Shown here: positions 12,183 through 24,000 of the stretch, one piece after another
Position numbering within the stretch: position 1 is the first letter of the stretch
How the letters are laid out: the number at the start of each line of letters is the position of its first letter
Source: Squalus acanthias
Taxonomy: Eukaryota
Length of the DNA: 64,000 nt
Direction: 5' to 3'
Assembly: GCA_030390025.1 (NCBI GenBank)
Contig: CM059438.1
Coordinates: 65,536,001 to 65,600,000 of the forward strand
Notes under the pieces: generated by a model
Database searches by the model: none
Seen by the model: only the letters and a program-made list of their open reading frames with translations
Told to the model about the DNA's origin: nothing
Made by a program: the position numbers and the translations under genes

Positions 12183-12371
12183 TGGGTCAGATGTTCGTTT
12201 TCAGCACCTGGGTAGCAATCTGACGAATCAGATTGCTCACCCTTTATAGAACCTGCCTGATTTTGATTTGCACGGATGTCAGTGGAATGAAGATCAGGCG
12301 GGTTCCATAAAGCGCGAGCGATCCGCTCCGCCGGATTACTGTCCAGGTGATGAGGATGAAAATCTACTCCC
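12183..12371. mobile_element. Small decayed MITE
   Basis: Right end AAAATCTACTCCC, degenerate GGG- left end, CpG-rich relative to flanks. Confidence 0.4.
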
Positions 12372-13179
12372 ATATTTCTTAACTTATTTTGCCACTTCGA
12401 TCATTTGCTGTAGATCCAGAAATGAATGAGGTGTTGGGTGATATGATTATAGCTGTTAATAAGAAAGAGTAGGTAAGTGCCAACTGGTTTATACCCATTG
12501 AAATAAGCATTTAAAAAAATAAAATAACTGAAGTGCTAGCATTGTTTTTTACAGTGTGCCGTGATGTCTGTAGGTATCTGGTCCAATTCAGTATTTTCTC
12601 TCACTTTTGCTGAATATTTGTGCTGATGAAGAGCAAGGATGTTAATACGAATTTTTAAAAATTACATGCCGTCATTGGCAGCATCAAGCAGGAGCAGGTA
12701 AAGCATAGCACAAGTCAGATACTGAATTAAGATTCCTCCGCTCTGCCCCATTAATATTCCTTAAACCTGCCTTCAGACATTTGCTAGCTTGTTTCCAAGT
12801 GTAATATTTCCTTTTCCCACTACAGCCATCCTTACAATTCCTCTGACTTAAGCTGCCAATTTAGTATTGAACTACGGGCTCTTTTTTTTTGCTGTGGGCT
12901 CAATTACTGAGTTGAGTCTCCGACAGAATGTACTTCACTGAGGATGCTAACAGCCATCAGAAAAGAGATTTTCACTACATAAATTGAAACTGGATGATAA
13001 GCCAAGTCCCAAAGGTGCGAGGACAGTGTTCTGACTCACTGTTCTACTCAATCCCTCATTGTACATTCTCATACATGGTGTTGTATCACCAAGGATATTT
13101 TCAAAAATCATACATTGTTGTAAACGATAACTTGCTATGTTGTCGCAAACATGTCATTTTTTTCTAACAGTAAGAAAGA

Positions 13180-13960
13180 AAAGAATGAAAGACTTGCATT
13201 TATACAGCACCTTTTACAACCACTGGATGTCCCAAAATGCTTCAAAGCCAATGAAGTACTTTTTGAAGTGTAGTCACTGTTATAATGTAGGAAATGCGGG
13301 CAACACGGTGGCATAGTGGTTAGCACTGTTGCCTCACAGCGCCAGGGACCCGGGTTCGAATCTGGCATCGGGTGACTGTCTGTGTGGAGTTTGCACATTC
13401 TCCCCGTGTCTGCGTGGGTTTCCTCCGGGTGCTCCGGTTTCCTCCCACAGTCCAAAGATGTGCGGGTTAGGTTGATTTGGCTATGATAAATTGACCCTTA
13501 GTGTTAGGGGGATTAAATACATGGGGTTACGGGGATAGGGTGGGATATGTGTCAGTGCAGGCTCGATGGGCCGAAATGGCCTCTATCTGCATTGTGGGGA
13601 TTCTGTGATTCTGTGAAATGCGGCAACCAATTTGAGCACAGCAAGGTCCCACAAACAGCAATGTGATAATAACCAGATCATCTGTTTGTGATGTTGGTTG
13701 AGGGATAAATATTGGGCAGGACATGGTGGAGAACTCCCCTGCACCACTTCAAAATAGTGCCGGGGATGTTTTACATCCACCTGAGAGGGCAGATGGGGCC
13801 TGGGTTTAACCTCTCATCCGAAAGACGGCACCTCCGACAGTGCAGCACCCCCTCAGTAGAGCACTGGAGTGTCAGCCTAGATTATGTGCTCAAGTCTCTG
13901 GAGTGAGCCCACAATCTTCTGACTCAGGCGAGAGTGCTGCCCACTGAGCCTCGGCTGACC
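13180..13960 (-). mobile_element. Deu-domain SINE interrupted by a V-SINE
   Basis: Tail at 13185-13290; core and head resume at 13615-13960. Confidence 0.85.
13300..13614 (+). mobile_element. V-SINE (HE1-like)
   Basis: tRNA head (GGTGGCATAGTGGTTAGC, GGTTCGAATC), V-domain TGTGTGGAGTTTGCACATTCTCCCCGTG...CCCACAGTCCAAAGA, CR1-like tail (GATTCTGT)n, and TSD GAAATGCGG (13291-13299 / 13615-13623). Confidence 0.92.
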
Positions 13961-14135
13961 CTTACACTGTCTACGTTCTCACATTTGTCCAGACCTGGAT
14001 ATTTCTGCACAATTACCCACACAATAGATCTGCCCTATCGTGTAAAACATAAAAATAAGAAATAGGAGCAGGAATAGGCCACTTGGCCCCTCGAGCCTGC
14101 TCCGCCATTCAATAAGATCATGGCTGATCTTGGGC

Positions 14136-17061
14136 TCAAAGCCATTTCCCTGCCCGCTCCCCATAACCCTTCACTCCCTTATCTTGCAAAAATCTGTCTA
14201 TCTCCACCTTAAATGTATTTAATGACCCAGCCTCCACGACTCTCTGGGGCAGCGAATTCCACAGATTTATGACCCTCAGAGAGAAGAAATACCTCCTCAT
14301 CTCAGTTCTAAAAGGGCAACACTTTATTCTGAAACTATGCCCCCGAGTTCTAGATTTCCCCACGAGGGGAAACATCCTCTCTGCATCTACCTTGTCGAGC
14401 CCCCTCAGTATCTTATATGTTTCAATAAGATCACCTCTCATTCTTCTAAATTCCAATGAGTATAGGCCCAGCCTGCTCAACCTTTCTTCATAAGTCAACC
14501 CCCTCATCTCAGGAATCAATCGAGTGAATCGTCTCTGAACTGCCTCCAATGCAAGTATATCCTTCCTTTAATAAGGAGACCAAAACTGTACGCAGTACTC
14601 AAGGTGTGGTCTCACCAATACCCTGTACAGTTGTAGCAGGACTTCCTTGCTTTTATACTCCAACCTCTTTGCAATAAGGCCAACATTGCCTTTTTTATTA
14701 CTTGCTGTACCTGCATGCTAACTTTTTGTGTTTCATGCACAAGGATCCCCCAGGTCCCTCTGAACTGTAGCATTTTGTAATCTTTCTCCATTTAAATAAT
14801 AATTTGCTTTTTTAATGTTCCTGCCAAAGTGGATAACCTCACACTTTTCCACATTATACTCCATCTGCCAAATATTTGCCCACTCACTTAGCCTGTCTAT
14901 ATCCCTTTGCAGATTCTTTGAGTCCTGTGCACAACTTGCTTTCCCACCCATCTTTGTATCATCAGCAAACTTGGCTACATTACACTCGGTCCCTTCATCC
15001 AAGTCATTAATGTAGATTGTAAATAGTTGAGGCCCCAGCACCGATCCCTGTGGCACCCCACTAGTAACCATTTGCCAACCGGAAAATGACCCATTTATCC
15101 CGACTCTCTGCTTTCTGTTAGTTAGCCAATTCTCTATCCATGCTAATATATTATCCCCAACTCCGTGAGCTCTTATCTTGTGCAGTAACCTTTCATGTGG
15201 CACCTTATCGAATGCCTTCTGGAAATCCAAATACACCACATTCACTGGCTCACCCTTATCCACCCTGCTCGTTATATTCTCAAAGAACTCCAGCAAATTT
15301 GTTCAACATGATTTCCCTTTCATAAAACGATGCTGACTCTGCTTGACTGCATTATGATTTTCCAAATGCCCTGCTACTGCTTCCTTAATGAAGGACTCCA
15401 GCATTTTCCCAACGACAGATGTAAGGCTAACTGGTCTATAGTTTCCTGCTTTCTGTCTCCCTCCTTTCTTAAATAGGAGTGTTACATTTGTGGTTTTCCA
15501 ATCTGCTGGGACCTCTCCAGAGTCCAAGGAATTTTGGTATATTGCAAACAATTCATCCACTATCTCTGCAGCCACTTCTTTTAAGACCCTGGGATGCAGG
15601 CCATCTAGTCCAGGGGACTTGTTGTCTTTTAGTCCCATTATTTTACCAAGTACTTTTTCCTTCGTGATAGTCATTAGTTCCCCCAATCCCTTTGGCCCCT
15701 TGATTATCCATTATTGGGATGTTGTTAGTGTCTTCTACCGTGAAGACAGATGCAAAATATTTGTTCAGAGACTCTGCCATTTCCCCGTTCCCCATTATTA
15801 ATTCCCCATTCTCATCCTCTAAGGGACCAACATTTACTTTAGCTACTCTCTTCCTTTTTATATACCTGTAGAAGCTTTTACTTTCTGTTTTAATATTTCT
15901 TGCCAGTTTACTCTCATAATTCATCTCTCTCTTTATTCTTTTTTTGGTCATCCTTTGCTGGTTTTTAAAAATTTCCCAATCCTCTGGCCTCCCACCAATC
16001 TTGGCAACATTGTATGCCTTCGTTTTCAATTTGATACCATCCTTTACTTCCTTAGTTAACCACGGATAGTGCTCCCTTCTCTTAAAATCTTTCTCACTTG
16101 AATATATTTTTGTTGAGAGTTATAAAATATCTCCTTAAATGTCTGCCACTGCATTTCAACTGTCTTTCCTTTTAATTTATTTTTCCAGTCCACTTTAGCC
16201 AGTTCTGCCCTCATGCCATTGTAGTTGCCTTTGTTTAAGATCAGGACACTGGTTTGAGATACAACTTTCTCACCCTCCAACTGAATTTGAAATTCAACCA
16301 TGTTATGATCATGCTTTCCTAGAGGATCCTTTACTATGAGATCATTTATTAATTCTGTCTCATTACACAGTACCAGATCCAAGATAGCCTGCTCCCTGGT
16401 TGGTTCCATTACTGTTCTAGGAAACCATCCCGGATACACTCTATGCACTCCTCAAGGCTACCATGGCCAATTTGGTTTGTCCAATCAATATGGAGATTAA
16501 AATCACCCATGATTATTACCGTACCTTTTTTACAGGCCTCCTTTATTTGTTGATTTATACTCTGTCCAACAGTATTGCTACTGTTCGGGGGCCTGTAAAC
16601 TACGCCCACCAGAGACTTTTTCCCCTTATTATTTTTTATCTCCACCCAAACCGATTCTACATCTTGGTCTTCTGAGCCAATATCACTTCTCACCACTGCA
16701 CTGATCCCATTCTTTACCAATAAAGCCACCCCCCTCACTTTCCTTTCTGTCTATCCTTCCGAATTGTCATATACCCTGGAATATTCAGTTCCCAGCCCTG
16801 GTCACCTTGCAACCACGTCTCTGTAATAGCGTTCAGATCATACCCATTTGTATCTATTTGTGCCGTCAACTCATCTATCTTGTTACGAATGCTGCGTGCA
16901 TTCAGATATAGAGCTTTTAACTTTGTCTTTTTATAATTTCTCCTTGTTTTGGCCCCATTTTCTGTTGCACTCTTATTTTTAAACATTCTGTCCCTTCCTG
17001 TCACACTTTGGTTATTATTTCTCCCATCTCTATCCTGCTCTATTGTTTTCTCATTTCTCAT
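14136..17061 (-). pseudogene. CR1 ORF2 (AP endonuclease + reverse transcriptase), multiple frameshifts
   Basis: YLNARSIRNK, ITETW, GVVYRPP, MGDFN, LDLVL, NYRPVSLTS, LDFQKAFDKV, SGVPQGSVLGP, KFADDTK are spread over consecutive ORF pieces. Confidence 0.93.
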
Positions 17062-17105
17062 TGACTTTTTAAATTCCCGCTTAGCTGGACCCTCCCCCCC
17101 ACTAT

Positions 17106-18056
17106 TTAGTTTAAAGCCCTCTCTACAACCCTAGTTATTCGATTCACCAGGACTCTAGCCCCAGCATGGTTCAAGTGAAGCCCGTCCAAATGGAACAGCT
17201 CCCTCTTATCCCAGTACTGGTGCCAGTGCCCCACAAATCGAAACCCATTTCTCCCACACCAGTCTTTGAGCCACTCGTTCATTTCTCTGATCTTATTTAC
17301 CCTATGCAAATTCGCTCGTGGCTCAGGTAGTAATCCAGAGATTATTACTGTTGTGGTTCTGCTTTTTAATTTAGACCCTAGCTTCTCCCTCAGCAGAACC
17401 TCTTTCTTTGTCCTATCTATGTCATTGGTACCTACGTGGACCATGACAACTGGATCTTCCCCCTTCCACTCCAAGTTCCTCTTCAGCCCAGAGGAGATGT
17501 CCTTAACCCTGGCACCGGGCAGGCAACACAGCCTTCGGGACTCACGCTTTCGGCTGCAGAGAACAGTATCTATCCCCCTAACTATACTGTCCCCTATCAC
17601 TACAACATTTCTTTTTACTCCCCCCACTTGAATGGCTCCCTGTACCACGGAGCTGTGGTCAGATTGCTCATCCTCCCTGCAGTCCCTGCCCTCGTCCACA
17701 CAGGGAGCAAGAATCTCGTACCTGTTAGACAAGGCCAAGGGCTGAGGCTCCTTCATCACTACCTCCTGGATCCCAATACCTGCCTCGCTTGTCGTCACAC
17801 CCTCCTGTCCCTGACCATGGGCCAAATTGGAAGTAATTACTCTAGTGGGTGTGACTGCCTCCTGGAACTTAGTGTCCAGGTAATGCTCCCCCTCCCTAAT
17901 GTGTCGCAGTGTCCGAAGCTCTGACTCCAGCTCATCAACTCTGAGCCGAAGTTCCTCGAGCAGCCAACATTTGCTGCAGATGTGGTCGCCTTGGACCTCA
18001 ATGGTGTCCACCAGCTCCCACATGCAACAACAACAACACATTGCCTGGTCTCCCAT
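17106..18056 (-). CDS. CR1 ORF1 protein (N-terminal Cys/His zinc finger-leucine zipper + SGNH esterase-like domain), open frame
   Basis: CxxC...HICSKC then leucine zipper; GDSIVRG, HVGTND and DGLHLN SGNH-hydrolase blocks; located upstream of ORF2. Confidence 0.85.
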   Translation of the reverse strand: MGDQAMCCCCCMWELVDTIEVQGDHICSKCWLLEELRLRVDELESELRTLRHIREGEHYLDTKFQEAVTPTRVITSNLAHGQGQEGVTTSEAGIGIQEVVMKEPQPLALSNRYEILAPCVDEGRDCREDEQSDHSSVVQGAIQVGGVKRNVVVIGDSIVRGIDTVLCSRKRESRRLCCLPGARVKDISSGLKRNLEWKGEDPVVMVHVGTNDIDRTKKEVLLREKLGSKLKSRTTTVIISGLLPEPRANLHRVNKIREMNEWLKDWCGRNGFRFVGHWHQYWDKRELFHLDGLHLNHAGARVLVNRITRVVERALN

Positions 18057-18354
18057 CTCAATTAATTAATTAATTTGTTTTTAAAATTTGGAACATGTAT
18101 ATCTTTTGATCTACACCAAGGCACTTAAATTTAGATGCCCAAGTTTGGAAAAAAGCGAGAAATAAAGAAATACTCACCAACCAATCACTTACCTGCTTTT
18201 TGGTGTCATCACACTTTGATTACTTTTTGCTTCTTTACTCTCACTGGTCCGCGCTGCCTGGTCTCCCACTGCTTTAAGTTCTGCCACCGCTGATACCACC
18301 TCCAATTAGGTCCGTAGAGGACAATTGGGCAGAGAGGATCACACGACCATAATG

Positions 18355-19560
18355 GAGAGAGAAAGAAATGCATATTAGATGCAGTCATGCTTCTTTTCAT
18401 CTGCTTTTGTACATAGACCCCTATTGCCTCCTTGAGGTATTGTGGATCCTCAGCTTTCCAACTACCAGGGTATTGCATCAGTGTGTCCATATAGAAATGT
18501 CCATACATGCAGCTACCCCAGGAGGATTTTGACGGGTAACTTGCATTAAAGGTATTGGCAGTAGCTTGTGTTTGACTCCAGAATCCCATGCTGATTTCTT
18601 TTTTGGCTAACACGATGGGTACACTTATGCCACCGTAATGCTTCCTGCTGCTGGAAAAAAACAACAGCAGTTTGATTCGCAGTTTGTGTACACTGTAGGG
18701 TAGGACAATGTGTAGGTTCAACATCAACTTAACCTTTCACACATGTTCTCAGATGTTCTGGACATGGCCGAATGTCTGCAAAGATGCCAGTCTGGTACGC
18801 TCCCCTTCTGAAGCACGCAGAGTTGCGGAGGTGCTATTGTTAAATGCTCGCACCATTTGTAATAATAGGTGAGTTTGCACAGCTGTAGGGAGAGCACAGA
18901 TTTTCCTTTGATTGCATTTGTGTCCAGTGGACTGCCTGGATGAAGTAGAAAGAGGAAAATTGGGTAGGGGGCAATTGCATGCCCGAAACAGATACTGTTC
19001 AATCCTCCATCTATTGTGGACTGAAAATCGGGCAGACTCCATTATGACCGTGTGATCCTCCCTGCCCAATTGTCCTCTACGTGCTGCAGCCGGATGATCC
19101 AATATGCCCAGGCCCTATGATATTTCTGCACATGCTTTTAAGGCCAGCAGATGTCCTATGGGCATTGCTTATCATTAGTCGTAGGATCTGCTGTTTTATA
19201 AGGACAAGAGTGTTGTACCACATAATGCAGTGTATTATTTTGCTGCTAAGGGACCTGATCTATCAAGGTCACAAGGTCAGTTGGAGAACAATGGGTCTTG
19301 GGGACATCCTTAGATATTTACTGTTCCTGGCGATGTTTCTCTGCGGAATTTTTTTTGTGACACTGACATAGGAGGGACATTTGAAAAACACAAGACATGG
19401 CAAGTGTAATTCACATTCAGCCCCAAGACCTATGCTCGTGAGGAACCCTATGTTTAGACAATGATTAGCTTTCAAAGATATTGGCTAGGAAAATAATGGG
19501 AACCTTCATCAACCACTCCCATCCTTGTTGGTTGGCTGGTGCCACTACACAGCATTTCTC
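18355..19560 (+). pseudogene. Putative endogenous parvoviral element: degraded capsid (VP) gene
   Basis: Collinear VP-like motifs with stops and frameshifts: KEMHIR (18362), PYMQ (18501), FLLLEKNNSSLIRS (18642), QW/LPG (18925-18940), AKGPDL...GSWGHP*IF (19245-19319), TWQV*FTFSPK (19395). Recognised by eye against remembered parvovirus VP motifs; no search run. Confidence 0.55.
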
Positions 19561-20219
19561 CCCCATTCACCTTGCTTGCAAACATTCTGTGTGTGCATCT
19601 GTGCTAGCCAGCACAGTTTTGCAGGAACGGACTCCGTGGCTCGTACACCCATTTTGTGCGCAGGGGTGCCCCAGGACTCCGATTTGATTCAGTCCTGGTG
19701 GAGATGCTGAATTCTAAATGTTTACAGTTGCAGATGGTGCTGATTTTCGCAAAAATTAACAAAAAATCATACGCCGCACTTAAATGGCTTCAAATTTAAT
19801 TGATACTGACAGTTTCGTTTTCTATTATTTCTGTTCTTTCAGTTGCTGTTTTTTTGAAGATTAGAGGCTTTTGTCCTTGAACGATGACAGGGAAAGTGAT
19901 TGTCTTGGTGCTTGCCTATGAAGTTTATTCTTCAGAAAGATAAAGGTAAGACATAAATTGACTTTATGATGATCCATGAGTGAAAAAGGAACAAATAATG
20001 CCTCAAGTTTTGGCAGCAGGTACCTCCACACCTTCGTAGCTAGGGAATGGACAGAGGAGCTAAACAAGCACAGACATCAAACTAACGGAAAGATGAAAAA
20101 TAACATTTTAAAAGATATTTTTTTCCTGCTAGCTTTTCTACTTCTATGCCACCTATTGTGTCTGAGAGGGTAAACAATTGACTGAGGCCCACAAGAACGT
20201 TGCAGCTTGTCTCAACTTC

Positions 20220-20390
20220 TGAAGTGTCAGCCTTACTTCTGTGATAGCATTCTAGCCTCTGGGTCAGACGGTTGCCGATTCAAGGCATTACAACAGTGAC
20301 TACACTTCAAAAGTACTTCATTGCCTGTAAAGTGCTTTGGGGCGTCCTGAGGCCATGAAAGGCGCTATATAAATACAAGTTCTTTCGGTT
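20220..20390 (+). mobile_element. Internally deleted Deu-SINE remnant
   Basis: Head-like TGTCAGCC...GATTCAAG joined directly to the tail CATTACAACAGTGACTACACTTCAAAAGTAC...GGCGCTATATAAAT. Confidence 0.65.
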
Positions 20391-21162
20391 ATTAACAATA
20401 GCTTCGGAGCAGATGAGGGTGCAATAAAGATGAAGAGCTGGATTATTATTCTGACCCACAGAACAGCAGCCACTGCACTTCAAAAGTAATTCATGGTGTG
20501 AAGCGCTCTGTAACTTTCCGACATGATAATGCACTGTAAAAAGTGCTATTGAAGAGGACTAACTTTAATGGGGGCGAGGGGCAAGGAGAAAAGATCGAAA
20601 GCTTAGAAACTGCGGAATAATTGGATCAGTCAATCAGACAGGTAAGAAACATAAATCATTTTGAATGAATTTCCATTTCTCCTCAAGCAAGAGATGTACA
20701 GTGGTTTTCATGCAAATCCATATTCAGTGGCCACGACTAACTCAGCTATAGCATCAAATGAGGATTGGGGGGGGGCGGGGCGGGGGCAGAGGTCTCTTTC
20801 ACTCAATCAGCTTGCGTTTAAAAGCTGTTACAATTGTAATCATTTTACTCAGGAGAAGAAATACATTTTTACAGTCAATAATGATATGGTGACCTGCTGA
20901 GCTTGGCACACAGTTTGTGGGATGGATAAATGCATGTGTTTTGTCTGCTTGAAGCATAGGCTTTCCTACGATTTGCATAATCTCACACTTTTGTGTATGA
21001 GCTGATAGAAACAGTGGGGTATTGCTGTTTATCTCTCCTTTCCTCATTAAACATTCAGCCGATTCACTGCCCAAAGAACAGGTATTGTCAGAACCAGTTG
21101 ATTTTGGGGGGCTGGGGGCTGGGGGAAGGGGGGTGGAGGGGAAGCAGCCAGGAGATGGTATA

Positions 21163-21350
21163 ATTCTGGATGTCCAGACACAAACAGGCTGTCCAGAAAT
21201 TGTACGATATTGATTTAGCTAAAGTCAGCACTCTTATCAGGTCCGATGGTGAGAAGAAGGCCTACGTCTGTCACGGAATACGATGCTTTGGATGTTGCTA
21301 ATAAGGTCTAAACTGGTTTCGAGAAGGGCTCCATAAATATTGCAATAAAA
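21163..21350 (+). pseudogene. RPL23A: Processed pseudogene fragment of 60S ribosomal protein L23a (uL23)
   Basis: [29 protein letters not shown] / [10 protein letters not shown] matches the RPL23A C-terminus with small deletions. It is intronless across the LIR/xDG junction and has AATAAA at 21344. Confidence 0.85.
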
Positions 21351-22679
21351 TTTTAAAATACAGAAAGAAAGCAATTTGCATTTACAAGCTCACAAGTGAC
21401 AGGTTTAGCGAAGGATTTGTTTTCTTCAATTTGTAGAATAAGTGGGGGGATAAAACAAATCACTTTAGCATTTGGACTCTTTGGCACATAAATTGGTGCC
21501 ATATCCACTGCTACTTTGTTATCTGCTGCTCACCTGCCAGACTATCCTGGCGGGTAAATGTTTGTGATGCTACTGTCAGTTTGGAGGCTTCAATGTATGT
21601 TTCTTTATCATCAGCTGTTTATGGTGGCTTCAGTTACAGTCCAACTATAGTGGGTTTGTTCACGGAGTTGGAACTTTTCCCAGTTGGAATTGTGCATGTT
21701 CAGAAAAGCAAATTTTCCAACAGTGACTCCTGCAGCGCTTGCCCGATGCCCACCAGAATAGTAAGAAACGCCAGGGAGGTCTAACGGAATTTCAGCACTC
21801 ACGTGCCAGTAGGTATTTGGTATGCCTGCAAATTTTCAGAAAGACATACTACAAACCATTTTGGATGCTCACGACTATCTTAAGATGGATCACCTTAGTT
21901 TAGCAATCATTTTAAATGCCAGCAACGACCTTGCGCTATTTCAGGAATGCAGCTAAATGGGAGACACACAGCTATCTCTTCTGTCACCTGCACTCCGTGA
22001 TATAAATACACCCCACAGGGAAAGTTCCAGCATTGTATAAAATTCTGGGTTTGCATATATGCTCTTGGATAAGAGAGCCAGTTTCAGGAACATAAAGGTG
22101 GAAAGTCAGACCCCCCTCCCCCCGATACGTCAATTGGGTTTCTACATTCCACAGTGGAGCCTGACTAGACTGCAACCTGATTTCAAAGTAAAAGGGAGAC
22201 AAGAGATGGCTCTCATTAGATAGGAATAGTTAAAACATACTTTAGTGTGGAGGAGCAGGGGAAGCTACTCTTGATCTGGTGTTAATTCTCATAAAAAGAC
22301 AGAGTTTGTGCAGCTGATACTTAAGCAGCACCATCTGAAACTGTGATGCAAAATGGTCGCTGTGTTACAAATATTAAGCAAGTTTGCAAACTTGCACGCC
22401 ACCCAAGAAGAACTGAGCAACAACCAAAGAAAATAAACAGAATAAAAACTCATGAGACTATTGATCATCCTTGGTGCTGAGGATAGGTTGGGGAGAGGGG
22501 CGGTGGAGGGAAGGGGGAGAAGAGAGCTATAGATCACAAGATCACTGCAATGAAGTGACCGTGAAGAAACAGCATGGTATATTATGTTTAAAACACAAAT
22601 TTTAAATGAAATTGAGAGCTCCATCGAATAACAATGAAGCTTAAGATGAGGAAGTTGGTCATGGTGACTGCTGTTTACT

Positions 22680-23950
22680 AGATTATTATTGCACCGATAC
22701 TCCTGATAATTGATTCCATTATTTTATACCGTATTCAAGTTAACTGAATGGGTCCGTAGATGCCTGGGTCTGTTTTGTAGTCATTTTTGAAAGTAGGCAA
22801 CACACTAGCATATTTCCAATTTACTGATATCTCCTGGTCTTCAACTGTTGCCTCATAATGACTAGTAATGCCTCCCAACTCCCATCCCCTGCCCTTAGTT
22901 CTCTGGAATGAATATCATCTATCCTTCAGAGTTTTTATTGAGTACTTGTAGCTGTCTATGACTTCCATCTCTTCTATATCAAATCCTCCGAGATCCCTAC
23001 GCTTCTCCAATTCTGGCCTCTTGCACATCCCGATTTTCATCGCTCCTCCATTGGCGGTCGTGTCTTCTACCCTCTAAGCTCTGGAATTCCCTCCCTAAAC
23101 CTCTCTGCCTCTCTACCTCTCTCCCCTCTAAGTCACTATTTAAAACCTACGACTTTGACCAAGCTTTTGGTCACCTGTGCTAATATCTCCTTATGTGGCT
23201 TGGTGTCAAATTTTGTCTGATAACACTCCTGTGAAGTGATTTGCTACGTTTTTACTATGTTAAAGATGCTATATAAATGCAACTTGTTGTTGTACTTAGG
23301 TCTGTTTGGGGAAGACATGTTGCTCATGTCTTCCGTTTTAAAATACTTGGAGAAAGTAATCTTTCAGAATAATAATTATCTTGTGTTTGTCCTCTGTTTT
23401 TGCACTGTTTGCATCTTTTATGGCTCTCACCTCTGCTCTGTCCTCTTACCATTTAGTATTGAGGGTTTCTTACTGTTATGTTTAGCTTATACAGCTATGC
23501 TTTCTTCCAGGTCACTCCTAGCCCTTTGATCACCTTTATAACATGTTTGTACAGGTTTTTGTATTTATCCCAATAAACCTTTTCACTTTTCTTCCTACAG
23601 GATTTTTAGATGTCATTTGTTTCCCTCCTTTGTTTCACTTTTGATTCATTAGTTAATCCATTTAGGACCGCACTTGTTTAGTCTCTGCTTGCATATCTTA
23701 GGTATTTGTCCAGTCTGCTCAGCATTATTTCTTTAAATGCATTTCACTTTTCTTCAACTAAGGTATTGTTCAACCAGCTGTCCATTCAATTTGCTCAAGC
23801 TCTTTCCTCATTTCCTTGACATCAGCCGTGCTAAAACTATATACCTTAAATCATCAGATCGCTTGGTTATGCATCTGGGAGCAACTCCTTCAGTCACTGC
23901 ATCTCTTTGGAGCATGAAACACTTAATTCCATTCCTTTGTTGTAATAACT
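22680..23950 (-). mobile_element. Ancient highly decayed CR1-like remnant (interrupted by L2 3' end)
   Basis: Faint similarity to the CR1 ORF2 minus-strand sequence (e.g. TTCCAATTTACTG..., TCTCTGGAATGAATATCATCT). Confidence 0.35.
22975..23293 (+). mobile_element. L2-clade LINE 3' end
   Basis: CTCTGGAATTCCCTCCCTAAAC...TTTGACCAAGCTTTTGG...GCTATATAAATGCAAC(TTG)n. Tail is shared with the Deu-SINEs. Confidence 0.75.
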
Positions 23951-24000
23951 AACTAAAGAGTGCTAACTCAAAGCAATAACATGAATAGTGCAATAGTTTA

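Larger units (their letters stand above)
14046..18300 (-). mobile_element. Near full-length CR1 LINE
   Basis: 5'UTR, ORF1, frameshifted ORF2 (EN+RT) and the CR1 3' end (GCTCCTATTTCTTAT...). 5' boundary approximate. Confidence 0.93.

Noticed and set aside
13300..13375. tRNA gene-like A/B boxes (also 62345-62415)
   Set aside because: Heads of SINEs that continue into V or Deu domains; not tRNA genes.
18209..19102. Minus-strand ORFs of 92-172 aa
   Set aside because: No recognisable motifs; better explained as antisense to the degraded VP-like sequence.
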